Positions 17,767 through 30,182 of a DNA stretch of 64,000 nucleotides are shown in pieces (position 1 is the first letter of the stretch; each line of letters starts with the position of its first letter). Where the stretch lies: the NCBI RefSeq assembly GCF_009914755.1, contig NC_060932.1; one strand, 5' to 3'. This DNA comes from the human T2T-CHM13v2.0 reference genome, Homo sapiens. The translations under genes and the position numbers were made by a program. The notes under the pieces are model-generated. The model was not told where the DNA came from. It saw only the letters and a list, made by a program, of their open reading frames with translations, and ran no database searches.

Positions 17767-19954
17767 TTATACTTTGAAACATACCAAAACCATGAAGACA
17801 TGTAAATATACAGTATATCTTAATAAAATGAAATAGTAACAATAGATATAACCCTACAGAGTTCTTTGGAGAAGCCCTTATTCCAATGAGCTGTCTAGTG
17901 ATTTTCATCTTAAAAACTGCTAACTCTACATAGCAGTTTTTAAAGCCCAAGGCACGTAATAATATATTCAGACTAAAACGGACCCAAAGCCGCTTGCTTT
18001 CTTATTTCTGTTTAATGGTAGTTCTGTGGGCTGGAGATAAAAATCAGTGACCCATAACCACAACTTAAAATTGCCCTGAGCAAATAAAAACGTAGAGCAG
18101 CAATAAAATAGAACTCAGTCAAATTAACAGAATCACTATTAAGATTACTCAACTGCAGTTGCCAACTGTTATAAATGTTAGACACACAATTTTACACTGC
18201 TTCCTCTCGGAGACCTCCTATATAAAGTCATTCTCTGCCTACAGCAGTGGATTTTAAATTTTAAAATGAAACCTTTGAAAATTTGATGGTTGGCATGGAC
18301 CTTCTGCCCCACAAAAATACACAATTTTAAAGGCTTCTTCAATCTTCGAAATTCCATTCATGGACTGTAAGTTAAGAGACCCCTGCACTATTATAGGCAG
18401 GCTCACACTTTTAAATAGAACTGAAAAGCTAAGATAAACAGGACACAGAAGGTAGTCAAGGTGCTTTACCTGACTCTCATTCCCCACAACCCTGTGGGAT
18501 GAGTATTATTCCTATTTAATTGAGCTTAGTTTTCTCAGAGGGACTGAGTGATTTCCTCAGGCCATGCATCTATTAAATGGTAAAACTAGTTTGACTCAGT
18601 ATCTTGAGCTCCATTATTCACCTCGACATACTTCTTTGAGTTTGAAAGAGGCTTCCTAGACTGTATTTCCTTGGTATTCATTTCATCATGTGCAAGATAA
18701 AAACTACCCAATTTTTGGCTGCCATCTTTCAGGTTTAAAGAGGTACTAGTGTTGAGTCCCTCCCCAACTACCAAGAGAGCTTTTGTCTAAGCATCTGGCA
18801 GGAAAGGCAGATTGCATTAGTTCACATATTGCAGTTTGAAATTAACACGTGGAAGAGAAGAAACCCAAGTTCTTTTACATAATGCAAAGTCCACATTGTG
18901 AAGAGCATGCCAGTGACCACTTCCCGCCATAATGCTCTATTTACTCTTGTAATATGCAACATGGTCCAAGCTCTTTGCTTATTAAATGGTTAAACAATAG
19001 ATAAATACATATAACCAGAATGGGTTACTAAAGAGCTCTTCAGAAAAACTCAGAACTTTGGAGATTAGCTGCTTTTTGTAGGAAGAAAGTTTATTTTCAT
19101 AGCTATTATAAAATAGGTGCTCAATATAAAAAATCTGGTTATCACTAATGCCACAAGCCAATACTATTATTTCTGCAAAGGGACACCTGCTTATTTTTCT
19201 CAAATTAAAAAATATATATATCAAAGCCCAGAAAAGGCTGGAGTAATAAAAAATTATAATTGATTTTTTATCATGTAAGATCTTAAAAATATAATTTAAA
19301 ATATTTTTACTAATCATTAATAATGATTCAATAACTTTTTCTAGTAGAAATATCAGTTCTGCTACATTTTATTCTTCCATCTCACAGAAAGGGCAGAAGG
19401 AATTTTATGCAATATGTTTCCAGAGTCGATGTGACCTATTTGAAAAAGATGGTAGGAAAAAGAAGCCTATTATCGGTAAATATCAAATTTTCCCAAGCAG
19501 AAAAAGAAAAAGCTAGGGAAATTTTGCAGTGCTGCTGACCTAATTCTATGCTCTTTCTCTAAAGAAGCCTTTCTGCTTGTTTAACAAATATTTGAGCATC
19601 TATTACACGTTGAGTATGCAAAGATCACTAAGTCTTACTCCTGAAAAGACCAAGGCTGGAAGCAAAAGCTTGTTTAGAATTCTCTTCAAAGCCATTTGTA
19701 TAGTAAAGAAATTAAACTCTCATTTATCCAAACTTTCAAAGTGTAAATACCATTAAAACTTTTTGGGAAGCCAGTGCTATTCTGGAGGGTAACGATGTGG
19801 GTAGGGACCAGAGTGAACTTCCTTAATAATCATAACAAGAAGAAACTATTTATATGAAGAGATTATCTTGTTATCCTCATCTACTGGTTCTATGCAAACA
19901 AATTTTCTTCATAAGGAAACTAAAGGGAAGCATAGTCAAAACTGCTACAAGTTG

Positions 19955-20290
<336 letters not shown>

Positions 20291-20669
20291 CTACAAGTCT
20301 TTTCCTTGGAAAAGACTCACAATGACAGGAACTTTTATACTTTGTATATGGAAAACATGCACATACCTACCTGGTATTGCAAATAAGCGTGTTAGTAAAA
20401 GGTAAATGTTACATTCCTTTTTATTCCTAAAATTGACTTTTGTCTTAAGGGAAATGTTAATGTGTAACACACCCTTTGAAGCCAAAATAAAAACTTTTCG
20501 ATCAGGTGTAATAATTGGGAAAAACACTCCAGACTGAACAAAACTGAATTACACATACACAGATATTAGTTAGTAAGGTGAGCAAAAAAAAAAAACAAAA
20601 AAAACAAAAAAACCCAATACATTTTTTATTATAGAAAAAAAAAATCACATTTTCAAAATTTAAATATTT

Positions 20670-20989
<320 letters not shown>

Positions 20990-22248
20990 TTATTACCTTA
21001 GCAAAATCACAAAACAGACATTTGTCACTTGGCCCCAATAAAAGCAAGATATTCCTTTTTTCAACTTAGATACAAATAATAGCTATCATTCTAAAGGTTT
21101 CAATAAGCAAAGAACAAAAAAATGCCCCAAGACAGATGCCTCATTGAGTTTGTGGCTGTGAACCCAAATAAGCATGTTTAAAAAATCACTATTCTTTAAA
21201 AAGACAGTGTCAAGTAAGTATCATTTGAGAAAATTACAGTTTAGGAACTGATGCTATTCCATTAGTAAATACAAATGTAAAGAAATGATAGTATCATCAC
21301 AACTTTAACAAAAACCCCAAACCCACAACCACATCAGACATTATCCTATTGCTCATTATAGCACTTCTTCCATAAACAAGGTTCATATAGTAAGTAACAA
21401 ACCTGGATTTCCATACTGAGTTCCAGATTCAGTAATCTGTCCAGAAAAATCGAGATGCTGCCCCTCTTTGTATATCAGAGCCCTTCCATACTGGTTAAGT
21501 GTAACCATTTAGTAAAACCACTTTAAATATTATTCCAAAAACTGCCAGCTTGGTTGGATTCTCTACTGGTTTATCCTCAAATTTAAACTATTCTTGATCA
21601 AAAAGCCCTACTTTATATGACAGATTAAAATTAACCAAAATGTAGTTTAATTCTTTTAAGCGCAGTGCTTCAACACAGTAAGTACTGAATACTTAAAATA
21701 CTCGATTCAAACTGGAAAATCAAGCTTGAGTTGTTCATAACCTTTCATCATGGTTGTGAGTGTTCAAAATTTACCTTCAAGAATTCAATGCAGGAAGAGG
21801 TTTCATAGTTGTGACGCCAGAGTTTTCTGCATGGTTGACTCATTACATTAACATTATAGCGGCTAATCCTGAGAAGAGTACTATTTCTACAATGAGTATC
21901 CTATTACATCTCTCTTACCTAAAGTATGTAAAATTCCTTTATCCACAGATGTACATTTAAGATAACCAGCTATAGAGCTACTACAAATATTCTAACCATA
22001 AGTAAAACAGTAACACAATTAGTTTATATTTTCAATTAATATAAAATACAATACTAAAGTCTGTTATTTTTAACAAAACTGAACTGTTTCATAATCATTG
22101 TTGCAATTATTTTACATACACGTATCTATAATTGTCTTAACATCTTTTTAGTCATGACACCATGAAGACTTTTAAATTTGGAACACACAATGTTTAGAAG
22201 GAAAAGAAAAACCAAACAAAAAGTTAAGAGTAATGTAACTGATACTCA

Positions 22249-22695
<447 letters not shown>

Positions 22696-24103
22696 CTAAC
22701 TGCCTGTGAAAGACTGTTCACATGAGGAATTAAAATGCAGCCTCACAAAAGGATAGTCAAAAAAGGGAAAAAAATTTAGCATACTCAGCATCAGAGGTAA
22801 ACTTACAGCCATTAACACATCAGTGTAGCAAAACTTAAAATTTGTTCAGAAGACCCAAATTTCACATGTCAAAATTACTTCCAAAAGCTGCCTCAAAAAC
22901 TACCCCTAATCTTACCTGATCAAAATCTCAACTCATTTCCAATACCACTAAGTGATCCAAAATTAAGCAGCTTTTCTTCCCTTAGTAAAAGCATTGTTTA
23001 CAGAGAACATCTGGATTTCTATCATATTTCCAGAATCATAATTCATATCAGTTTAATGTAACTCACGTCTTTTTACTTTCATAATACTCTTGTCAAGAGT
23101 GATTACATTTTAGCTTTAGTGTTACCCCTACCCCAAACCTACTAGATCTCTGCAACAACTGCCAGCCAATAATAGCATAACAATTTGGGGGGGAATGACC
23201 AACTGTTTGTTTTCAGATATTTTGAGTATAAATCCACCACAAAGGATCAATATCTGACCCTAATGTCTCAACTCTTTATCTTGTTATATGTCCACATGCT
23301 TTAAAAATATCCGCAAGTCATGACACTTCAACTCTTACTGTGAGTACTAGAATATATCACATTGGAAGTACTTAATTTACAAGTGTTTCCAATGTCATCG
23401 CTCCAGTTGAAATGCAGAAGTGCTGCATTTTGCTTCTAGCCATCATAATGTAATTGGATGTTACCACTCAAGCTGTCCTTTACCATGACTACCCATCTAA
23501 TTCTCTTTCCCTCGCATTTTAGTTTCCTGGACCTTTTCGATTTACCTCAGCTACATTTTTCTGGAAAGATACCCTTTTGCAAGTTGCCGAACAGCACAAA
23601 GATACTAATCCACACAGTGACACCACAGAATAAATGACTTCAGAGGAAAATACACACCCTGAATGAAGTGCACTTTTAAGTTAGAAGGTGAACAGAAGAG
23701 TCCACCTTGGCAGCTGGCTCCCGAATATTAATCATCTTTTACCTTCCCAGGGAAATCCCACAATATTTTTTTAACCAAATGAGAGAACAGGTCGCCACAT
23801 TTTAAACAAATAATTAACCACTTTGGATGCAAGGTACTGGCTCAATACGTAAACTATTTAACCTTTATGACGGCATTATTTTCGTCAGGTCTCTAAATTA
23901 CTGATTTTTCCCTTAGGATCTCAGAAACGCTCTCTGGTTATTTCTGCTTCTAACAAAAAATGATTTAAGCCAGTACAAAGGATTCTCTCCCCAATCACTT
24001 CGGTACAAGAGGAAGTGGATAAGGTTTCTCACACAGTAACGAGTGCTCCAAGGCCTCGCCTCTACACTGCGGGCAGGACTCACCGCACCCATTTAACCCT
24101 TAC

Positions 24104-24270
24104 CTGACTTGAGACGTCGGTTACTGTGAAACGAAAACGGGCAGACCCGGACTTTAAAGTGCAAATTCTCCGGTCCGCGTATCGCAACCACCCCCCTCCA
24201 GGCTCCGCCCAAGTCGGAGCCACGGCTCAAGTCCCCGACTCTCCTCCTTTGTCATGGCGGATCTGTGTCA
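24104..24270 (-). other. YWHAZ: Candidate proximal YWHAZ alternative first exon (5' end approximate)
   Basis: Strong donors TCAG|GTAAGG at 24104 and GCG|GTGAGT at 24084, at the CpG island edge. Confidence 0.6.
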
Positions 24271-25155
24271 GGGAGCCCAACCTACTGCAGAGTGTTAATT
24301 CCTCCCCCCGACCGGAGCCAGAGGGAGGAGCAGCCCGCGCCCCCGCCCAAGCCGTTGGGGGGGGGGGGGGAGGTGGGGAGCGAAGCCGCCCGACCCCGGG
24401 GCAGAGACGCCACAGCAGCCCGCAGAAGCGGAACCACTACCAGCCCCGCCGCGGACACACCCCGCTCTCCCACCCAGCGCCTTCCCCGCCACCGATCAGC
24501 GCCGGTGACCGTGTACAGCGTCTCTAAGGGACCGACAGCTGCAGGTGGGGGAGGGGACGAGAGCCACACCCAGCCGAGCGGGCCACCAGCGGCTATGCTC
24601 AGGCTCACCCGCCCCCAAAGCAGGATATGCGTCCCCAAACCGAGCGCAGGGACCCTCCAGTTCTAGTCCATCAAGCACGGGAGCCGACTGCGGGCTCACC
24701 ACCCTGTTCTCTACCCCGACCTGGACTTGCAGCCCCCGTCCACACCTCCCCCGCCCGTTCACAAGGAGCAAAAAAAGTCAGACCCATCCCCCACCCCCAC
24801 CAGGAAAATTCAAGTCCTTCCTCCCACCGCGGAGCCCAGGAAATTCAGCTCTAGGTCCCAGGCGAGCCCCACCCCAAAACCTCACCCCGCAGTGGACTCC
24901 CCTCCCGCCGGCGCGCAGCCTCGCCCCGGTCTACCTGGCGGGCGCCGCCGCGCCAGGCCTGGGCTCCGGCCCGCTCTCGGCCAGGCCTTTCCCTCGCGCT
25001 TGGGTCCCCGAGGCCCCCGGCCCCTCCCCGCCGCGCCACCGCCTCCCGGGGTGGGGGAGGGCCGGGTCCCGCCGCCGCAGCGCCCAGCGCGGAGGCTGCG
25101 CGAGGGGGAGGGAAAGGAGGGGGCGGCCGAGGGAGAGGGGAGGGGGCGGCCTCAC

Positions 25156-25230
25156 CTGCGCCACTGCGATGCCCGCCGCCGCCGCCGCCGAGTCATTATC
25201 TCGGGCGGAAGCGAGAAGGGCGGCGAGGGA
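25156..25230 (-). other. YWHAZ: Candidate YWHAZ alternative first exon (5' end approximate)
   Basis: Strong donor GCAG|GTGAGG at 25156/25155. Confidence 0.55.
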
Positions 25231-25628
25231 GGGGGTGGAAGCCCGCAGAGACAAGGGTGGGGATGGATCGCGGCCGGCGGCGCCCCGGCCATGCCTCGTC
25301 CACCTTCGGGAGCCGGCGACAGGGAGATCCCCAGGGATCTCGCGTGTGGGCGCCCTACCCACCCCCGGGGGCAGGACGGGGGAGCGAGCACCGATCGGCG
25401 CCGGGGCGTCGATGCGGAAGCAAGGAGCCGGAGGCGGCCGCTAGCCGCCCTCCCGAGCCCAGCGGAAGAGGAGCCGCCGCCCGTGTCCGCTGAGGAGACT
25501 CCGCCTCAGCCCGGCGCCGCCACCGCGGGGCGAGTGGGGATGAGGGGACGGAGCGAGGACGGCTCCCACGCGTTCGGAAGGCTGGCCTGGGACAGGAAGC
25601 GAGGCGCGGCGGCGGCCGGGTTCCTCAC

Positions 25629-25760
25629 CTGTGTCCGGAGTGGGTGGTGGCGGCGGACGGACGGGCTCAGCAGTCTCTGGGCGGCGGCGGCGGCAGCAGC
25701 GGCGAGGCTGAGACTCTGTCCCTGGATCTCGCTGCTCACAGGCTACAGCCGCTCCGCAGA
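25629..25760 (-). other. YWHAZ: YWHAZ major non-coding first exon (5' end approximate), contains GCC/GCT repeat
   Basis: Donor ACAG|GTGAGG at 25629/25628; matches recalled 5'UTR ...CCACTCCGGACACAG-AACATCCAGTCATG; directly downstream of CRE/CCAAT module. Confidence 0.88.
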
Positions 25761-25813
25761 CACGGGGTTTCCTCCAATCACCAGCCCCGGCAGCAGGGGC
25801 ACCACACGCACGA

Positions 25814-25821
25814 TGACGTCA
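25814..25821. promoter_or_regulatory. Perfect CRE (CREB/ATF1 site)
   Basis: TGACGTCA palindrome just upstream of the major first exon. Confidence 0.85.
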
Positions 25822-25824
25822 AAC

Positions 25825-25838
25825 GCTGCTATGGCAAC
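25825..25838 (-). promoter_or_regulatory. RFX X-box
   Basis: GTTGCCATAGCAGC, near-palindromic match to GTTGCCATRGCAAC. Confidence 0.7.
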
Positions 25839-26549
25839 CGTTGATTGGTGCCCACAGCGATCGGGGCCCCGCGTAACCGCCGCTCCCCGGCGCTCGTCCT
25901 GCCCGCCCGCGCTGGAGGGCGAGCGGAGGCGCGCGCGTCCTCGCCCGCAGCCGCCACTCCTCCCACCCCGCTCGGCTTCCAGCTCCTCTACGCTTGTCCC
26001 GAGTGCACCTAGGGCAGGAGGCTGCTTTTTTCCTTTTCCTCCCCAACGCAAATCCCCCACTCCTCGCCTTCCCTTTGGGTCCCCAACGCCCTCTCTCTCC
26101 CTCTCCCCTGCAGCCTCTGCCGGCCCACTCTTCCTCTCAGCCGGCGGGAAGGCGTTCTCTCCCTACCCCCACCTTAGCTTTCGCTCAGCCCGTCTGCGCT
26201 TGCCCCAGTCACTCCCTCTGGAAGGGGCTCCCGTTCAGCAACATCCGGGACCTTTCACATCCCCCCACCCCTCCCCGAGGCCCGGCCCGCCCCACCCTCC
26301 GTGCTTCGCGGTAGTAACTGCCCCAGGGCCGTCCCCGGGCAGGATGACAAGGGTGGCTCGGCGGCTCCGGCATTGTGATCAGGACTTGCGGGGCGGGGGC
26401 CCCGGGGCGGGGGCAGGGCGCGGTCGCACGGCAAGGGAGGGTTGTGTGTGGTGCGCTGCCCCCCGCCCCGCCCGCCGCTCCCCTTCCCCGGCTGGGCCGA
26501 CCGGGGCGCGCGGCCCCTCCCGGCCTCCCTCCCGCCGCCGCGGCTTTAC

Positions 26550-26690
26550 CTGCTGGCTCGGGGGAAGCGGTCCTAGACCTTTTATGGCTCGGAAACGGGA
26601 GTGAGGCGTCCAGCCCCTGAGTGTGGCTGAGTGATGGGGAGGCGTTCCAATCGAGAGCGCGGGATCTGCGCTCGGTGACTGCGCGAGGGG
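26550..26690 (-). other. YWHAZ: YWHAZ alternative non-coding first exon (5' end approximate)
   Basis: Donor CAG|GTAAAG at 26550/26549 within CpG island. Confidence 0.6.
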
Positions 26691-26930
26691 ACAATGGGTG
26701 GGCGCCGAGGTGGGGGCGAGGTGGGCCGGGCCGGGCGGAGCCGGCAGGAGGTGAGGCCTGGAAGGAGGCGCGGCCGCTTTAGGGAAGCCAGAGTTCCGAG
26801 GGGAAAGGACAGCCTTCTCGGGCGGAGGGCTGGAGCTGGTCCTGGCAGCCTTGACCCGGAGACAGGCAGTCAGGCGTGACCGCACGGACCCGTTTCTCGT
26901 AGGCTAGGTTTTCCTACCCAAATAAAGCTT

Positions 26931-26938
26931 TCACGTGA
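26931..26938. promoter_or_regulatory. E-box (USF/TFE/MYC-type)
   Basis: TCACGTGA in CpG island. Confidence 0.35.
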
Positions 26939-26968
26939 AGACCTCATACTGCACATGACGATCATTAC

Positions 26969-27095
26969 CTTTTTATCTCCTAGAAGCAAGGTTTGAGGGA
27001 CGTCGTAGTCCCCAGGGTTCCAGCTGGCGGTGGGAGTGGGCCACAGGCCGGGTGATGAGCCGGGACGGGAGCCCGGAAGAAGGGGAAGGAGAAAG
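26969..27095 (-). other. YWHAZ: YWHAZ most distal alternative non-coding first exon (5' end approximate)
   Basis: Donor AAAAAG|GTAATG at 26969/26968; matches recalled YWHAZ 5'UTR ...CTAGGAGATAAAAAG-AACATCCAGTCATG. Confidence 0.85.
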
Positions 27096-28655
27096 GCGGA
27101 AATTGCAGGTGCCTGAACCGGTAGGGCCTCCGCCCAGTTGACTTCAGGAAGTTCAGAGAGAAACATTCACAGTGTGAATGATCTCTGCCCCTTCCCTCTT
27201 TAAATGTGTTCGGGCTAAGAAAAGATTAGTGCTTGGATGACCTGCAAAACCACTTGCAACAGCCATGGAGAGTGTACGGTTAGCAATGAGAGAGCTTGGA
27301 ACTCTTCATTTTACTCTTGTGTAAACTCCCCATTGATTCTTCCAACGTATCTTTATTGAGCTGACCAGAGCCTCCGTTTAGCCTCATGTTCTCTACAGAA
27401 TTTAGTTTCTCAGTAGTAGACACGAAATGATTGAGTCCTCGCTCTTCCAGTACATTGTCTTTCCTACATAATACAGTGGACCACAAGGCTGCTCTACAAA
27501 TTACTTTTTGCCTGACATGACAGCTGGCATTTAGATAGTACAGACCAGAAAGAGGGTTTCCAGTGACCAGTTATATTTTAGTGGGTTTTTTTGTTGTTGC
27601 TTTTCACAAGTTGCCAAATCACAGACTCATGGTAGGTTAAATGGATAAACAAATTGGAGTTTTATTTCTGAGATGTTAGGGTCAACTAGCTTTGACTCCC
27701 AAGTAAATTCTTTTAGGGCGTGACTCACTTAAAATGAGTAATATTTCAAAAGCTATTTTTTTTACAGTTTTTTCGTAGGCACCAGAAATTTGACAGAGGA
27801 TACTAAGTTAAACGTTTTTTTAAAATGGAAATTGATGTTTCTTTAATGTCTCAAATATATGTCTATGTAGAGTATATGCCTTTTGTTTTAGAGGAAGTTA
27901 AGGGGTTTTTCTGTATAAATATGGATTTACTTCAGGAAACAGCTAAGTTAGGCTTTTGCCTCATGCTTTAATAGCAAGGCATTTTTTAGTGCAACAATAG
28001 GCACTGTTAGGTTTTACATACTCAAGTCAATGTGTCTGCACAATAAAGATATAATGAAGCTGCAAGAAAGGAACGGGATGTTATGAAAGCCCTGAGGAAA
28101 AGATCTTTTAAGAAATAAGGAATAACCTGTGGCATACAGAGCAGAATAAATAGAACCTATGAACCCTGGGAACTTTGCTGGAGACTTTCACTAATACCCT
28201 GACCTGTATTTTCTTCAATGCGCAACTCTTACCTCACTCAAGTTGGTTAACCTCTATGTGCTTTGATAGCCACGGCAATAAAATACTGGCAACAAAAACA
28301 CTTAACTCATCAGGTGATGCTGAGGATTAAACGAATATACACATACATATATTTCTTAGAGTAACCTAGCTATTATTCATTTGTAAATGGATATATCTGA
28401 TTGATATCTCTAGTGTTCAAAAGATTGTAAAGATAAAATGAAACTATTTTCTTTTTGATTTTTAGGAAACTTCAGTAGCAGAAAGAAACCATATTTTTAA
28501 AGTATCTTTTAGAAATAGAAATGCCTATTTGTGTTTCTTAGTGCTGAGACATGAGTGATGAGGGTGAATATTGATTCATTCCTCTATAGGGGACTGCAAT
28601 GATCTCTTCAGAGCTATACATCAATATATAATGCTATACATTAAAATGAGAAAAA

Positions 28656-28936
28656 GCCCAGGCACAGTGGTTCACTCTCATTATCTCAGCACTTTGGGAG
28701 GCAGGCAGATAGCTTGAGTCCACGGGTTCAAGACCAGCCTGGGCAACATGGCAAGACCCCTTCTCTACAAAAAATACAAAAAGTAGCTGGACATGGTGGC
28801 ATGTGCCTGCGGTCCCAGCTACTGGGGAGGCTGAGGTGGGAGGATCATTTGAGCCCGGAAGGTAGAGGCTGCAGTTAGCTGTGATTGTGTCACTACACTA
28901 CAGCCTGGGCAACAAAGCGAGACCCTGTCTCAAAAA
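28656..28936 (+). mobile_element. AluJ
   Basis: Diverged Alu dimer. Confidence 0.85.
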
Positions 28937-29329
28937 TGAAACACTAAAATGGGAAAGAGTTTAAGTGAATTAGCACAAGTCCATCCCTCCAATTGGGAAA
29001 ACATCTCCAAGGATGGACTCTGTTGATGATGTGGCAGTTATATGATATTTTAAGTGTAATCACAATTCTGTCAGGCTATAATTTCACTTCACTGTGTTTT
29101 ATTTGGAGAAATCCAACATATTGCAGAAGGTTTTGCAGCAGAACAGGGACTAAATCTTGGTTTGTCATTCAGAACTGTGTGACCTTAGGTTTCTGAATTG
29201 GACATACCAATTTCTAATCCCATTATAATGGTTGTTGCAATGATTTCATGAGAAAGTAAGGAAAGGGCTACCTACATGTAGTACACCAGATCATGTATAT
29301 CTGTTGTTGAAATAATCTGCAGTTAGTAG

Positions 29330-29710
29330 CAGAGACAAGCTAGCTATTCACCAAACCCATTTTTCTCCTCTTGCTGCCCCAGTTGGACTCCATTGCCCAT
29401 TCTCCTTTGCAATTACATGTGGCCATGTTACTGAGTGCTGGCTAATGGGGTATGACCGCAGGCATGTGCTCCACTTGCAGGCCTGGCCCATAAAAATCTC
29501 CCTGTTTGAATGTTCATTCCATTCCTGTTTTTCCGGCTGAATGGAGAGGATTCCCAGGGCTTAGAGGCAGTGAGGTCATAAAATGAAGACAGCCTGGGTC
29601 CCTGGAAGCCTATGAAAGCCTGCCCCAATCATTTTGGAGTTTACTGAGGGATAACTTCTATTTTAGGCCGCCGCAATTGAGAGTTTATCTGTTAAAACAG
29701 CTAGCACTAT
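29330..29710 (+). mobile_element. MLT1-type MaLR LTR (old)
   Basis: GTGGCCATGTTACTGAG...CAGGCCTGGCCCATAAAAATCTCCC...GCCTGGGTCCCTG motifs. Confidence 0.6.
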
Positions 29711-29843
29711 AATGTCCGTGAAAGTAATTGGCAAATCTAAAAGATGGGAAAGATTTTTTTTTAAATGAAAGAAAAGGGGAGGAAAAATGAGAGTAAGGAA
29801 AGGGAAACTGATCTTTTGATAAAAGGCAGTTGAAAGAAATACA

Positions 29844-30145
29844 GGCCAAGTGCAGTGGCTCACGCTTGTAATCCCAGGTCTGTGGGAGGGTGAGGTGGAT
29901 GGATCACTTGAGCCCAGGAGTTGGAGATCAGCCTGGGCAACATGGTGAAATCCCGTCAATACAAAAAATACACAAAATTAGCTGGGTGTATGTGCCTGTA
30001 AATCCAGCTACTTGGGGGGGCTGAGGCAGGAGGATCGATCACTTGAGCCTCGGAGGTTGAGGCTGTGGTGAGCTGTGATTGCACCACTGCACTCCAGCCT
30101 GGGTGACAGACTGACACCATCTCAAAAAGAAAAAATAAAGAAAAA
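29844..30145 (+). mobile_element. AluJ
   Basis: Diverged Alu dimer. Confidence 0.85.
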
Positions 30146-30182
30146 TATAAGTATTCTCAACTATTCTGTTGACTTCTAGAAT

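Larger units (their letters stand above)
25774..25848. promoter_or_regulatory. Two NF-Y CCAAT boxes flanking the CRE/X-box
   Basis: CCAATCA at 25774 (+) and TGATTGG at 25842-25848. Confidence 0.7.
24050..27130. promoter_or_regulatory. YWHAZ: CpG island / multi-TSS promoter of YWHAZ
   Basis: Abrupt switch to very GC- and CpG-rich sequence, many GC boxes, no interspersed repeats. Confidence 0.95.

Noticed and set aside
25629-25818. In-frame N-terminal extension of 14-3-3 zeta via the major first exon (frame open back to the TGA in the CRE)
   Set aside because: No ATG or common near-cognate start (CTG/GTG/ACG/TTG) in that frame; openness is expected at this GC content
24126-27166. Other overlapping Pro/Arg/Gly-rich ORFs on both strands
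   Set aside because: Stop-codon depletion in a CpG island; no domains
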